NCBI GenBank assembly: GCA_041663145.1
Contig: JBAZRG010000003.1
Coordinates: 1,000 to 64,999 of the forward strand
Direction of reading: 5' to 3'
Length of the DNA: 64,000 bases
Origin: Minisyncoccota bacterium
Lineage (GTDB): Bacteria; Patescibacteriota; Minisyncoccia; Phycocordibacterales; PALSA-1337
Below are positions 38,940 through 49,757 of the stretch, piece after piece (position 1 is the first letter of the stretch; every line of letters starts with the position of its first letter). The translations under genes were made by a program, and so were the position numbers. The notes below the pieces were generated by a model. That model worked only from the letters and a program-made list of their open reading frames with translations, did no database searches and was not told the DNA's origin.

Positions 38940-40997
38940 ATGAAAATAAAGAATACCCGATTTACCGCCAAGAAAGGCGGGCAAAAGACTATAAACGGCA
39001 TCATATCTACTACCGCTAAAGGTGCTGGATATATAGACATAAACGGCATACGAGGAAATTCTATATATATAGAATCGGGTCTTTTGAATACCGCTTTGGA
39101 TGGGGATAGTGTAGAAGTTGAAACAGTAGAGAAGCGCGTAAATGGTAAAACTGAAATTCAAGGAAAAGTCATCAAAGTATTGAAACGTTCCAGAGAGGAG
39201 TTTGTCGGTAATGTTGAAATTAAGGATGGAAAAGTATCCATAGTACCCGATGATCGCAAGATGTATATGAACGTTTCTATTTCGAGTGAAGATTCTAAAA
39301 ATGTTAAAAATGATGACAAAGTTTTCATAAGATTACTTGAATGGACAGATCCACGAAAAAATCCGGAAGGTCGCATCATTCGTGTACTAGGTCAAAAGGG
39401 AAACAATAATGTCGAAATGGAATCGATAGTATTGGAGAAGGGTTTTGCTATGGAGTTTCCTCCTAATGTTGAAGCTGAAGCCGGGGAGATCGGCAAAAAT
39501 AAAGTCATTGTGTCGGAGGAGATCGCTAAGCGCCGTGATATGCGAGATACTTTGACTTTTACTATTGACCCCTTTGATGCAAAGGACTTTGATGATGCAA
39601 TCTCTTTTCGTGCATTGGATCAAGTAGAAATAGATAAACTCGAGCATAAAGGACCTCTGTATGAGATCGGTGTACATATTGCCGACGTCTCTCACTATGT
39701 TCGAGAGGGTACATCTCTCGATAAGGAGGCTATTAAACGCGGTTGTTCTATATATCTAGTCGATCGGACGATACCGATGTTGCCCGAAACTTTGTCAAAT
39801 GATGTGTGCAGTTTGAATCCTCGTGAAGACAAGCTTACATTTTCAGCCATCTTTATTTTGGATGCTAAAGCTCGTATCATTTCGCGTTGGTTTGGAAAGA
39901 CGATAATAAATTCGACTCATCGATTTACCTATGAGACTGCACAGGCTGTGATAGATGGAAAGCCGGCTAACATCGAAAAATACTCGAACGGTATTCAGAG
40001 TGTAGCTTCCGCAGAAGCGGGAATGGAATATCAAAAAGAACTTGTGATATTGGATCGTCTGGCTCAGGTTTTGAAGAAAGATAAATTTTCGAGAGGTGCC
40101 ATAGAGTTTGAACAAGAAGAAATAAAGTTTCGTCTGGACGGATCCGGTAAACCGATCGGCGTCTATAAATACGAGCGTCTGGATACGCACAAACTCGTCG
40201 AAGAATATATGTTGCTGGCAAATCGTGAGGTTGCGAAATTTATTTTTGATTCCATAAAAAGAAAGGGAAAGAGAGACACTGGCGCTATATATCGCATACA
40301 CGATGTGCCGGATAAAGATAAGATCCAAAATTTGGCTAGCTTTGTCAAAGCTCTGGGGTACACGCTCAAGGTAAATAAAGATGGAACTGTGACCGCTTCT
40401 GATCTCAACAATCTCTTGGATCAGATCGAAGATACTCCACACGAATCATTGATCAGGACGGCGACCATTCGTTCTATGCAAAAAGCTGTTTATTCGACAA
40501 AAAATATCGGTCACTTTGGTCTGGCATTTCATTTTTACACTCACTTCACTTCGCCTATCCGTCGTTATCCAGATCTACTAGTTCATCGTGTTCTGGCTAA
40601 ACATCTGAACAATGAAGCTTTTGGTGATCGTGATATAGTCGTGTTTCAGAATATTGCCGAGAGTTCCACGAATAGGGAGATCGACGCTTCTGAAGCGGAA
40701 CGTGCTTCGAAAAAATTGAAACAAGTCGAGTATATGAGCACTCGAATCGGACAAGAATTCGAAGGTTCTATAACCGGTGTGACAAAATGGGGAATATATA
40801 TCGCTGAAGTCATTTCTGGATCTGAAGGATTGGTTCATGTCACAAATCTCGGAGATGAATACTTCAATTTTGAAGAAAAAAAATATGCCATGGTTGGCGA
40901 GAAAACTGGTAAGAAATATGTATTGGGAGATAAGGTTAGATTTAGGGTTAAAGGCGCGGATCTGGACAGGCGAGTATTGGATTATGAGCTTGTTTAG
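38940..40997 (+). CDS. rnr: ribonuclease R (RNB-family 3'-5' exoribonuclease with C-terminal S1 domain)
   Basis: RNB motifs TFTIDPFDAKDFDDAISF and HFGLAFHFYTHFTSPIRRYPDLLVHR; S1 domain at C-terminus. Confidence 0.85.
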   Translation: MKIKNTRFTAKKGGQKTINGIISTTAKGAGYIDINGIRGNSIYIESGLLNTALDGDSVEVETVEKRVNGKTEIQGKVIKVLKRSREEFVGNVEIKDGKVSIVPDDRKMYMNVSISSEDSKNVKNDDKVFIRLLEWTDPRKNPEGRIIRVLGQKGNNNVEMESIVLEKGFAMEFPPNVEAEAGEIGKNKVIVSEEIAKRRDMRDTLTFTIDPFDAKDFDDAISFRALDQVEIDKLEHKGPLYEIGVHIADVSHYVREGTSLDKEAIKRGCSIYLVDRTIPMLPETLSNDVCSLNPREDKLTFSAIFILDAKARIISRWFGKTIINSTHRFTYETAQAVIDGKPANIEKYSNGIQSVASAEAGMEYQKELVILDRLAQVLKKDKFSRGAIEFEQEEIKFRLDGSGKPIGVYKYERLDTHKLVEEYMLLANREVAKFIFDSIKRKGKRDTGAIYRIHDVPDKDKIQNLASFVKALGYTLKVNKDGTVTASDLNNLLDQIEDTPHESLIRTATIRSMQKAVYSTKNIGHFGLAFHFYTHFTSPIRRYPDLLVHRVLAKHLNNEAFGDRDIVVFQNIAESSTNREIDASEAERASKKLKQVEYMSTRIGQEFEGSITGVTKWGIYIAEVISGSEGLVHVTNLGDEYFNFEEKKYAMVGEKTGKKYVLGDKVRFRVKGADLDRRVLDYELV

Positions 40998-41101
40998 TTG
41001 GATTACGCTTCATAGAGTAACCGCACACACCCTTATTTGTCTTCCTCGAACTCTGCTTACAAATATACCAATACATTTTCTGCTATAATTGGAGCACTCT
41101 T

Positions 41102-41869
41102 TTGAATCCGACATCTGAAACATCTCAACAATGGCTTATCAAAAAGTTTGGTTTACTGATATTTTTAGTATTTCTATTAGGAATAATGCTCGGTATCGAA
41201 TATCTCTTGAAACCTGTTGTGTCACGCCAGATCGCTATTCCAATAGAATCAAAACGAGCAGAGTCTTCTGTTGAAATTGTTCGTGGTAATCATTTAAAAA
41301 GACAAGTCATTTTCACTTTCGACGGTGGCAGTGGGGCACAATCAACTGAAAAAATATTGATTACACTTCGCAAATATAACGTCAGAGGCACTTTCTTTTT
41401 GACTGGAAAATTTGTTGAAAAATATCCGGATTTAGTCAGAGAGATTGTCGCGGGTGGACACGAAGTATTCAATCACACTTACGATCATCAGCATCTTCCT
41501 CTGCTCAGTGATCGAGAAATCATATCGGAACTCGACCAAATGGAGAGGGCACTTCGTCGTGTGGGCGGTGTCTCGTCGGCACCATATTTTCGGGCACCTT
41601 ACGGTGATCGTGATTCGCGGGTTTTGTCAATAGCCTTTAAGGCTGGTTATCAGTCGGTTTATTGGGGTGTCGATGCTCGTGATTGGATGGAAGATTTGGG
41701 TACGACTGCCGAGGAAGTGCGTACTACAATCCTCTCAAATATTTATCCAGGCGCGATATTCCTTCTTCATCTGGGAGATAATATCTCTGGTCAGATCTTG
41801 GATGATGTATTTTTGTTTATCAAATCACAGGGTTATGATATCGTCCCCTTGAGTAAAGGGGTGCTATAA
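41102..41869 (+). CDS. polysaccharide (peptidoglycan GlcNAc) deacetylase, NodB homology
   Basis: FTFDGGSG, NHTYDHQHL and LLHL motifs. Confidence 0.8.
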   Translation: MNPTSETSQQWLIKKFGLLIFLVFLLGIMLGIEYLLKPVVSRQIAIPIESKRAESSVEIVRGNHLKRQVIFTFDGGSGAQSTEKILITLRKYNVRGTFFLTGKFVEKYPDLVREIVAGGHEVFNHTYDHQHLPLLSDREIISELDQMERALRRVGGVSSAPYFRAPYGDRDSRVLSIAFKAGYQSVYWGVDARDWMEDLGTTAEEVRTTILSNIYPGAIFLLHLGDNISGQILDDVFLFIKSQGYDIVPLSKGVL

Positions 41870-41879
41870 TTTCTTAATC

Positions 41880-42437
41880 ATGCGACACAATCAAGCAAGA
41901 AAAGATTTAGGAAAGGATATTGTGCTTATTATTGCTGGAGCAGTATTGGCTTTGCTTCTTTCCAAGATTGGGGCAGTAGACTGGCTGATTTCATTTTTGG
42001 GTGGTGGAGTGATTGCCAGCTTCGTATCGGGAATATTTTTTACTTCGGTTTTTACTCTGGCTCCCGCCTCAGTTGCTTTGGTTCATCTGGCAGAGATATA
42101 TTCACCTCTTTCAGTCGCCTTTTGGGGAGCATTGGGAGCCATGTGCGGTGATTTGATTTTGTTCTTATTTATTCGGGATCGTTTTACGGATGATCTCATT
42201 CACTCAATCAAACCAAAAGTTGTGAAGTCTATAATGAAAACTTTCCATTTTGGTTTTCTAAAATGGCTAGCACCGATTCTGGGTGCAGTTATCATCGCTT
42301 CACCTTTGCCAGATGAGTTGGGGCTAACTCTCCTAGGTATGTCAAAAACAAAGATTGCTTTTCTTCTGCCACTCGCATTTGTGATGAACTTTATTGGCAT
42401 ATATTTGATTGCTTTTTTAGCAAATTTCTGCGTATAA
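41880..42437 (+). CDS. hypothetical membrane protein
   Basis: Five or more TM helices; no family. Confidence 0.45.
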   Translation: MRHNQARKDLGKDIVLIIAGAVLALLLSKIGAVDWLISFLGGGVIASFVSGIFFTSVFTLAPASVALVHLAEIYSPLSVAFWGALGAMCGDLILFLFIRDRFTDDLIHSIKPKVVKSIMKTFHFGFLKWLAPILGAVIIASPLPDELGLTLLGMSKTKIAFLLPLAFVMNFIGIYLIAFLANFCV

Positions 42438-42446
42438 TACGAACCT

Positions 42447-43118
42447 ATGAATACAAGACGATTTATATTTTGGGGTGGTTTTATTATTATACTAGGACTC
42501 ATTATTTGGGGATTGATCGTGGCTATGAACAAGCCGACTGGTGCCGATGTGGGCGCTCCGGCTCCGATCACAGTCACTGACCATGTTCAAGGTCCAGTCG
42601 ATGCTCCTATTACAATCATTGAATACAGTGATTTTCAGTGTCCAGCTTGTGCATATTTCCAGCCATTTGTAACACGATTTTGGAATGAAGCATCAACTTC
42701 TGTGAGAATAGTTTACAGACATTTTCCTCTGGACAATCTATTGCCTGACGGTTCTGTACAACATCCAAATGCCGTGCCTGCGGCTATGGCATCTGAAGCT
42801 GCTGCTAAACAAGGTAAATTTTGGGAGATGGTAGATATGTTATTCGAAGGACAGAGCGATTGGGAATCCCTTCCTAATGCCAGTTCGACTTTTCTCGCAT
42901 ACGCGACCGAGCTTGGACTCGATCCAGTCAAGTTCACGGCTGATTTCGAAGACAAAACAAATGAAGACCTGATTCAGAGTCAAAAAAATGAAGGTATCAG
43001 GATCGGGATCAGTTACACACCGACATTTTTCGTGAACGGTAAGATCATAAACAACCCTCAAACCTATGAAGAATTTAAAACACTTGTTGAGTCAACCGCT
43101 TCAGCAAATCCACTCTAG
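42447..43118 (+). CDS. DsbA-like thiol:disulfide oxidoreductase
   Basis: Signal anchor; active site DFQCPACAYF. Confidence 0.75.
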   Translation: MNTRRFIFWGGFIIILGLIIWGLIVAMNKPTGADVGAPAPITVTDHVQGPVDAPITIIEYSDFQCPACAYFQPFVTRFWNEASTSVRIVYRHFPLDNLLPDGSVQHPNAVPAAMASEAAAKQGKFWEMVDMLFEGQSDWESLPNASSTFLAYATELGLDPVKFTADFEDKTNEDLIQSQKNEGIRIGISYTPTFFVNGKIINNPQTYEEFKTLVESTASANPL

Positions 43119-43536
43119 TGCGATTGTATTCATCCTAATAATCGCCCTTATTGGCTTTATTGATGCTAGTTATCTAACTATCGAACATTATCGCGGAGTA
43201 ATTCCACCATGTTCGATTACAGCCGGTTGTGAAGATGTTTTGACGAGTGGATATTCGATCATTCTGGGTATTCCCGTGTCTATCGTCGGTTCATTGTTTT
43301 ATTTATTTATCTTGATCGGGGCATTTGCTTATTTAGAAAGTAAGAATACTCTGATTCTTAAATGGGCTTTGGTGAGTACGATTCTCGGTTTTCTATTTTC
43401 ACTTTGGTTTACTTTCATTCAGGTATTTATCCTCCATTCATATTGTATATATTGTCTCGGGTCAGCGTTCTCCTCAACAATACTCTTTGTTACGGCTATG
43501 CATATTTTTTCCAGATATCAAGAACAAAATATATGA
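43066..43536 (+). CDS. vitamin K epoxide reductase (VKOR)-family membrane protein, DsbB-functional analogue
   Basis: Loop Cys pair plus TM CxxC (CSITAGCEDVLTS, CIYCL); overlaps the DsbA gene. Confidence 0.7.
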   Translation: MKNLKHLLSQPLQQIHSSAIVFILIIALIGFIDASYLTIEHYRGVIPPCSITAGCEDVLTSGYSIILGIPVSIVGSLFYLFILIGAFAYLESKNTLILKWALVSTILGFLFSLWFTFIQVFILHSYCIYCLGSAFSSTILFVTAMHIFSRYQEQNI

Positions 43537-44435
43537 AAAATTCAAACATACTTGTAACAGAAAAAAGCCGGGATTATGAGCTCATAGACTCTGGCTTAGG
43601 GGAAAAACTCGAACGTTTCGGTAAATTTGTATTGTCTCGACCGGATCCTCAGGCTTTGTGGCCAAAGAGATTGGATGAGACATCGTGGAAACTTGCCGAT
43701 GCAGTTTTCAATCGAAATGAAACAAAAGGCGAGTGGAACATCAAAAAAACTTTACCTGATCGTTGGGAAGTGGGTCTAGCCGGTCTCAAATTTTATATAA
43801 AGCCAACACCCTTCAAACATGTTGGAATGTTTCCGGAGCAATCAGTCAATTGGGATTGGATGCAAACTAAGATCAGTGAAAAAATAGTGGAATATAAAGA
43901 TGGAAAAGAAGATTCTGAGACAGAAATATTGAATCTGTTTGGATACACAGGAGGAGCGACTCTCGCTTGCGCCAAGGCTGGTGCCAAAGTTGTTCATATC
44001 GACGGATCAAAGTCGGCAATGTCTTGGGGTCGGGAAAATGCCGAATTGTCTGGTTTGAATGATATGCCTATAAGATGGATACTCGATGATGCTAGAGAAT
44101 TCGTAAAACGTGAGATCAAACGCGAAAGGAAATATGACGGTATTGTTATGGATCCGCCGGCTTTCGGTCATGGTCCAGACAATGAGCTTTGGAAGATAGA
44201 AGATGATCTCTCGGGATTGATCGCTGATTGTTTTTCTATATTGAAAGACAAACCGACATTCTTTATTATAAATGGTTATTCGGCAGGATATTCTTCTGTG
44301 GCTTATGAAAATATGTTGTTGCCACTAATTGCGAAATATGGCGGATCGATCGAAATAGGGGAATTGGCTATAAGAGAATCGGGCAAAGACGGGAGACTCT
44401 TGCCGGCAGGAATATTTGCTAGGTGGGGAATTTGA
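43534..44435 (+). CDS. class I SAM-dependent methyltransferase (RlmI/YccW-like rRNA MTase C-terminal region)
   Basis: Start ATG 43534 overlaps the upstream stop (ATGA); motifs LFGYTGGATLACAKAGA and MDPPAFGHGP. Confidence 0.6.
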
Positions 44436-44443
44436 TCTGCATA

Positions 44444-44592
44444 GACCCCCAACATAATGTTCCCAGAACAATCCTGCGTAATCGCTTCTCAAATTACAAC
44501 CGTGTTTGGTTCCAAGGCTTCACCAAACACGGGTAATTTTTCGAAGCTCAATCGCATACTCGGATTGTTCTGGGAACATTATGTTGGGGGTC
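44444..44592. repeat. MITE-like element B: perfect 31-bp terminal inverted repeats (44444-44474 / 44562-44592) with nested 11-bp hairpin
   Basis: gacccccaacataatgttcccagaacaatcc ... ggattgttctgggaacattatgttgggggtc; inner ccgtgtttggt/accaaacacgg. Confidence 0.6.
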
Positions 44593-44697
44593 TTATCGTA
44601 TCGCAACCCCGCATACCCTCATTTATCTTCCTCGAACTCTGCTCATTGCCGTATTCTCGATAAGTGATAGTATGAGACCCAGATTAGAGATTATCTT

Positions 44698-44937
44698 ATG
44701 CCTCATTTACACGTTATACATTCAGAAGAATCCATTGACGTGGATTCAGGAACTACGGTTCTCGATGCTCTCCATCAGTTGGGCTATGCTCTCGGTGGAG
44801 AGAAATCATTTCGTATATGGCTTACGAATCGTTCATCGAACTGGATCAAGTTGACATTGGATGATGTTCTCGGTGATGGTGATATCGTCGAAATCAGTCA
44901 TACGGAAATGGGTGAAATGGTTGACCAACATCCATAG
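44698..44937 (+). CDS. small ubiquitin-fold-like (ThiS/MoaD/TGS-like) hypothetical protein flanked by IR elements B and C
   Basis: 79 aa; TVLDALHQLGY...GDGDIVEISH resembles beta-grasp carrier proteins but lacks a C-terminal GG. Confidence 0.35.
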   Translation: MPHLHVIHSEESIDVDSGTTVLDALHQLGYALGGEKSFRIWLTNRSSNWIKLTLDDVLGDGDIVEISHTEMGEMVDQHP

Positions 44938-44955
44938 ATCCGCGTCGAACAAAAG

Positions 44956-44992
44956 TAAAGCCCGTTTTTTCATGAAGAACGGGCTTTGTGTT
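44956..44992. terminator. 10-bp stem hairpin (bidirectional terminator-like)
   Basis: aaagcccgtt-loop-aacgggcttt. Confidence 0.45.
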
Positions 44993-45032
44993 GCCACGTG
45001 ATTTGTATGACTTTTACTGGTTGTCTATTAAA

Positions 45033-45127
45033 GAGCTCGGCGAATACTGTGTGGGCAAATAACTTACAATGTAATTTGGAGCGGGTGACCTTGTGAGTTA
45101 TTTGCTCACACAGTATTCGCCGAGCTC
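45033..45127. repeat. MITE-like element C: 32-bp terminal inverted repeats (1 mismatch) enclosing the 25-nt core shared with element A
   Basis: gagctcggcgaatactgtgtgggcaaataact ... agttatttgctcacacagtattcgccgagctc; core aatttggagcgggtgaccttgtgag (45073-45097). Confidence 0.6.
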
Positions 45128-45165
45128 GATTCCAATTCCAATATACAAAATCTTCAGTAAATGGT

Positions 45166-46014
45166 ATGGTATATCTCATCATGTCAACTCTAATCGATGG
45201 TCGCAAGACTCGGGAAGCATTGCTCCCAGGTCTTATAAAGAAAATAGAGAAGCTTTCAAAAGCTCCGACTTTGGCCATTGTTCAGATCGGAGACAGACCG
45301 GACTCTACAGCATTCATTCGTGCAAAAAAATCTTTCGCAAAGAAGATTGGTGTTTTTGAAAAGCATATTCAACTCAAAGAGAACGCTTCACTAGAAGAGG
45401 TTTTGACTGTGATAAAAGAATGCAACGACGATCCTGTTGTGACTGGTATTATTGTACAGTTACCTTTGCCGGCTCATCTCGACCGCGACGCTGTTATAGA
45501 TGCAATCGATCCCAAAAAAGATGCAGATGGACTCACGGCATCAAATGTAAAATCTTGGCTAGAAGGTAGGAGTGATGCAGTCTGGCCGGCCACAGCTAGG
45601 GGGATTAGGGAGATGCTTCACCATTACAATATTTCAATGAAAGGTAAAAAAGTCACCGTGGTTGGCCGTTCGATGCTAGTAGGTAAGCCGATTGCGGCCA
45701 TGTGTCTAAATGAGAATGCTACAGTTACTATTTGTCACAGAGAGACAGTCGATCTTGCAAAAGAGACATCGGAAGCAGACATAATCATCGTGGCAACAGG
45801 TAAACCGGGTCTAATCGGCAGGGAACACGTGAGATCTGGTCAGATCGTGATAGATGTTGGGATTAGTCGTAAAGCCGACAATACTCTTTCTGGAGATGTT
45901 GACTATGATTCTGTTCATGAATCGGTGGAAGCTATATCTCCAGTGCCTGGTGGTGTTGGACCCATGACAGTCTTCGCGCTTTTCGAAAACTTGATTGATC
46001 TCGGAAATCGATGA
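45166..46014 (+). CDS. folD: bifunctional methylenetetrahydrofolate dehydrogenase/methenyl-THF cyclohydrolase
   Basis: FolD family blocks LAIVQIGDRPDS, VTVVGRSMLVGKPIA and PVPGGVGPMT. Confidence 0.85.
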   Translation: MVYLIMSTLIDGRKTREALLPGLIKKIEKLSKAPTLAIVQIGDRPDSTAFIRAKKSFAKKIGVFEKHIQLKENASLEEVLTVIKECNDDPVVTGIIVQLPLPAHLDRDAVIDAIDPKKDADGLTASNVKSWLEGRSDAVWPATARGIREMLHHYNISMKGKKVTVVGRSMLVGKPIAAMCLNENATVTICHRETVDLAKETSEADIIIVATGKPGLIGREHVRSGQIVIDVGISRKADNTLSGDVDYDSVHESVEAISPVPGGVGPMTVFALFENLIDLGNR

Positions 46015-46834
46015 TATACTGCCATTATTAGCCAATAATGATACAAATTATATGAATATACCAAGTAAATTTTGGTCGGCTGCTATGGGCGCTTTGGGAA
46101 TACTAACGATCTTCCTTGTTGCCGCAGCCATAAAAGAGTTCAAATCCATAGGTTATGTTGGAGCAAGCGAAAATATGGTAAATAGCATCAATGTAAATGG
46201 TACAGGAGAAGCTGTTTCTATTCCTGATATTGCAACATTTTCTTTCTCAGTTACAGAGACAGCCAAAACTGTCTTAGAGGCACAGACAAAGGCTACCGAA
46301 AAGACCAATGCCGCTTTGAAGGCGGTCAAAGATGGTGGAGTTGAGGATAAAGATGTAAAGACACAGAATTATTCGATCAACCCTCATTATGAATATCAGA
46401 GCAGTGTCTGCACTCAGTACAGTTGTCCTTCATCAAAATCTATTTTGACTGGTTACGATGTTTCTCAGTCTATCGAAGTTAAGGTTCGAGATTTGTCAAA
46501 AGCTGGAGCACTGTTCTCAGCAATAGGTGCTCTAGGAGTCCAGAATGTTAACGGCCTTTCTTTCTCGATCGACAAGCCGGAAGCTCTTCGTGCTGAAGCT
46601 CGCGCCAAAGCGATCGCCGATGCACAATCAAAAGCAAAAGAACTTTCCAAACAGTTGGGTGTTCGTTTGGTTAGGATCATTAGCTTCTCAGAATCTGGCG
46701 ATGAACGTCTATTTGCTTACGGAAAGGGTGGAGCGATGGATATGGCGGTTTCTTCAGTCGCACCAGCTCCGACAGTGCCGGTTGGTGAAAACAAGATTGT
46801 TGCGAATGTAAATATAAGCTACGAGATTCGATAA
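45995..46834 (+). CDS. SIMPL-domain (DUF541/YggE-like) periplasmic protein
   Basis: GYDVSQSIEVKVRDLSKAGAL...SKAKELSKQLGV matches SIMPL family architecture. Confidence 0.65.
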   Translation: MISEIDDILPLLANNDTNYMNIPSKFWSAAMGALGILTIFLVAAAIKEFKSIGYVGASENMVNSINVNGTGEAVSIPDIATFSFSVTETAKTVLEAQTKATEKTNAALKAVKDGGVEDKDVKTQNYSINPHYEYQSSVCTQYSCPSSKSILTGYDVSQSIEVKVRDLSKAGALFSAIGALGVQNVNGLSFSIDKPEALRAEARAKAIADAQSKAKELSKQLGVRLVRIISFSESGDERLFAYGKGGAMDMAVSSVAPAPTVPVGENKIVANVNISYEIR

Positions 46835-47014
46835 TAATACTTTAGCGCTATTGACATATACCATACACATGGTGTACAACAGTACAAGTAATTAAGCTCA
46901 TTTTCAACCTATTTTGCGAACCCAGTAGGTGAACCTGCTGATTCACATCGCCATAGCAGAAAGTGGCTCATTCGTGGGCTATTCTCTGCTATGGCGATAA
47001 GGTAGCCCTCTAGC

Positions 47015-47710
47015 ATGTTAGACAGAAAACAAACATGCTCCTCGAAAGAGACAGCATTCATACTGGAGATATTCCACATGAATACGCACACATCAGCACA
47101 ATCAAAGAAGTTCATTGAACTCTTGGAACAGAAATGGGTTACTCCCGAACGTTTCCAAACAGTTCTCGGAAGTGGCATCCTGAGCGATATCTTTGAAGAA
47201 AAGGCGACGCTCAGCAATCGTTTCGCCGTCCGGCAAGCTCTCTGCCTCGGTCCGCTTCCGTCAGAACCGATCGTGCTCATCGTTGACTACGGTCAGACGC
47301 TAGAGCAGATGATCGTCGCCGGTCGCTACGACTGGAAGAACGATGATATCACCGTGTCGCGGTTCCCGATCGAAGGGAAGGGCACGGTCGAATTCGAAGC
47401 CGTTCTCTTTCACTTCGACAAGGACATTTCGTCCGAGGATGCCAAGAAGCAGATCGAAGAAGCTGGCTACGAAGTCGGCAAGATCGAGCACGTGCTCTCC
47501 TTTGGGGCAAATTACCCCGAAGAACAGAGGAAGTTCCCGATCGTCGGTCTAGGCTCCGTTGGGGAGGTCGGTGGCCGCCGCTACGTTCCGGACCTGTACG
47601 GGGACGGTTCCGATCGCGACCTGAACCTCGGTTGGTGGGACAGTGACTGGGATGCCGACTGCCGCTTCCTCGGTGTTCGCAAAAAGGTCTCTCAGATCTC
47701 AGTGTCTTGA
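47015..47710 (+). CDS. DGR variable (target) protein; C-terminal variable repeat region, GC-rich gene (about 57% GC)
   Basis: C-terminal ...GGRRYVPDLYGDGSDRDLNLGWWDSDWDADCRFLGVRK carries the VR. Actual start may be ATG 47081 (MNTHTSAQ). Confidence 0.7.
   Translation: MLDRKQTCSSKETAFILEIFHMNTHTSAQSKKFIELLEQKWVTPERFQTVLGSGILSDIFEEKATLSNRFAVRQALCLGPLPSEPIVLIVDYGQTLEQMIVAGRYDWKNDDITVSRFPIEGKGTVEFEAVLFHFDKDISSEDAKKQIEEAGYEVGKIEHVLSFGANYPEEQRKFPIVGLGSVGEVGGRRYVPDLYGDGSDRDLNLGWWDSDWDADCRFLGVRKKVSQISVS
47542..47680 (+). repeat. DGR variable repeat (VR)
   Basis: 139 nt aligned to TR 48144-48272 with about 19 differences, 18 of them at TR adenines. Confidence 0.8.
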
Positions 47711-47751
47711 TTCCTCGAGCTTGTCTCTTGGAATCTTTGACCCTTGGTCCC

Positions 47752-47779
47752 GCACGGCGTATGCTTCAAGCTACGCCGT
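47752..47779 (+). promoter_or_regulatory. 9-bp stem hairpin 70 nt downstream of VR (DGR homing-associated stem-loop candidate)
   Basis: cacggcgta-tgcttcaagc-tacgccgtg. Confidence 0.5.
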
Positions 47780-48143
47780 GTTTTCTATTCAGCAGAATTT
47801 TCTAATTGGTGCTATACTAATCCCCGACAAGTGAAAAATCTAAGGTCAACCACAGTAGGTGATTCTACTGAATCAGGCTTTAGGTAATTTGTCCGCAACC
47901 TCCGCGACGAGAGTTTGAACAGTCAACCCAGTGGTCATTGTGCTCAGTGAGGCTTTTCAAAGAGTGCCGCAGAGTGTTCTCTAAAAAATCAGAGACAGTT
48001 GGTGTGAGAAGCTAAGTGATGTTCAGTCAATAAATAATATTGGTGAATGACCCAGTAGGTGATTCAACTGAATGAGATCACGGATTCGATACAGTCTACG
48101 CGAAGCTATCGGTAGGCAGTGGGATGGACAGCTTTTCGCACAA

Positions 48144-48272
48144 GGCTCCGTTGGGAAGGTCAATGGCAACCGCAACGTTCCGTACCTGAACAGGAACGGT
48201 TCCAATCGCAACCTGAACCTCAATTGGTGGGACAATGACTGGAATGCCAACTACCGCTTCCTCGGTGTTCGC
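48144..48272 (+). repeat. DGR template repeat (TR); overlaps artefactual Asn-rich ORF 48072..48293
   Basis: In-frame translation is AAC/AAT-rich (NGNRNVPYLNRNGSNRNLNLNWWDNDWNANYRFLGVR), the TR hallmark; hairpin ctcctgagaattctcaggag at 48283-48302. Confidence 0.8.
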
Positions 48273-48274
48273 CA

Positions 48275-48706
<432 letters not shown>

Positions 48707-48730
48707 TTATTTCTGTTTCTAAATTATTCA

Positions 48731-49713
48731 TGATGTACAACCATATCATATCCTTAGAAAATTTGCTCGAGGCCTGGAAAGAATTTCTTAAAGGGAAGCG
48801 GAGCAAGAAAGATGTGCAGGAATTCCAATATAAGCTTTCTGATAACATATTTGCGCTTAATGCCGATCTAAGAAATAAAACCTATGTACATGGGGGATAT
48901 TATGCTTTCAATATTTCTGATCCAAAACCAAGAAATATTCATAAAGCAAAAGTACGGGATAGGCTTTTGCATCACGCACTCTATAGGAAGCTTTATCAAG
49001 TATTCGATATACATTTCATTCATGATTCATATTCGTGCCGAAAGTTTCGGGGAACTCATCGAGCATTGAAGTGTTTCAGAAAGTTTGCACTCAAGGGTAG
49101 TAAGAATAATACAAAGACATTATGGATCCTGAAATGCGATATAAAAAAGTTTTTTGCTTCAGTTGATCAGAAAATTCTTGGTGAAATTCTGAAAAAATAT
49201 ATTACTGACCTTGATGTTATCGACCTTATTAAGCGAGTGACTGACAGCTTCAGCAGTACGGCTGTTGGGAAGGGATTGCCGTTAGGAAATCTGACATCGC
49301 AGCTATTGGTGAATGTATACATGAATGAATTTGATCAATTTATGAAACATGATCTGAAGGCTAAATATTACGTCCGCTATGCTGACGATTTTGTTATCAT
49401 GAGTAGAAATAAGACATGGCTTCAAGCGATCTTGATACAGATAAGCGATTTCCTATATGAAAGATTAGCGTTGAAACTCCACCCAGACAAAATCAGCATC
49501 AAGACGTTCGCTTCAGGAGTGGATTTTTTGGGATGGGTTAATTTTCCTGATCACAGTGTCTTACGGACAACAACCAAAAAAAGAATGTTTAATCGACTGA
49601 ACATAAGTAAAGGTAAGCGGGAAGTTTTAAGTTCGTACATCGGATTATTGATTCACGGTAATAGCAAAAAACTAAGAAATAGAATTGAAAGGGAATATGA
49701 TAACGATAAATAA
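48731..49713 (+). CDS. DGR reverse transcriptase
   Basis: NLLEAWKEFLKGKRSKK N-terminus; motif 4 GLPLGNLTSQLLVNVYMN (SQ rather than the group II SP); motif 5 YVRYADDFVI. Track ORF starts at 48655 through the microsatellite; ATG 48731 is preferred. Confidence 0.85.
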
Positions 49714-49757
49714 TGAATGACGAAAAGAACCGATAAAAACTCCCGGTGAAAAAAATT

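Noticed and set aside
39843-40442. Large minus-strand ORFs inside rnr (also 4664..5083 inside the amidase, 26373..26823 inside PduO-like gene, 30869..31348 inside ABC-F)
   Set aside because: All fall inside confidently identified plus-strand genes and show low-complexity antisense composition.
44457-44663. 68-aa ORF inside inverted-repeat element B
   Set aside because: Lies entirely within a perfect 31-bp inverted-repeat element; the frame is a palindrome artefact.
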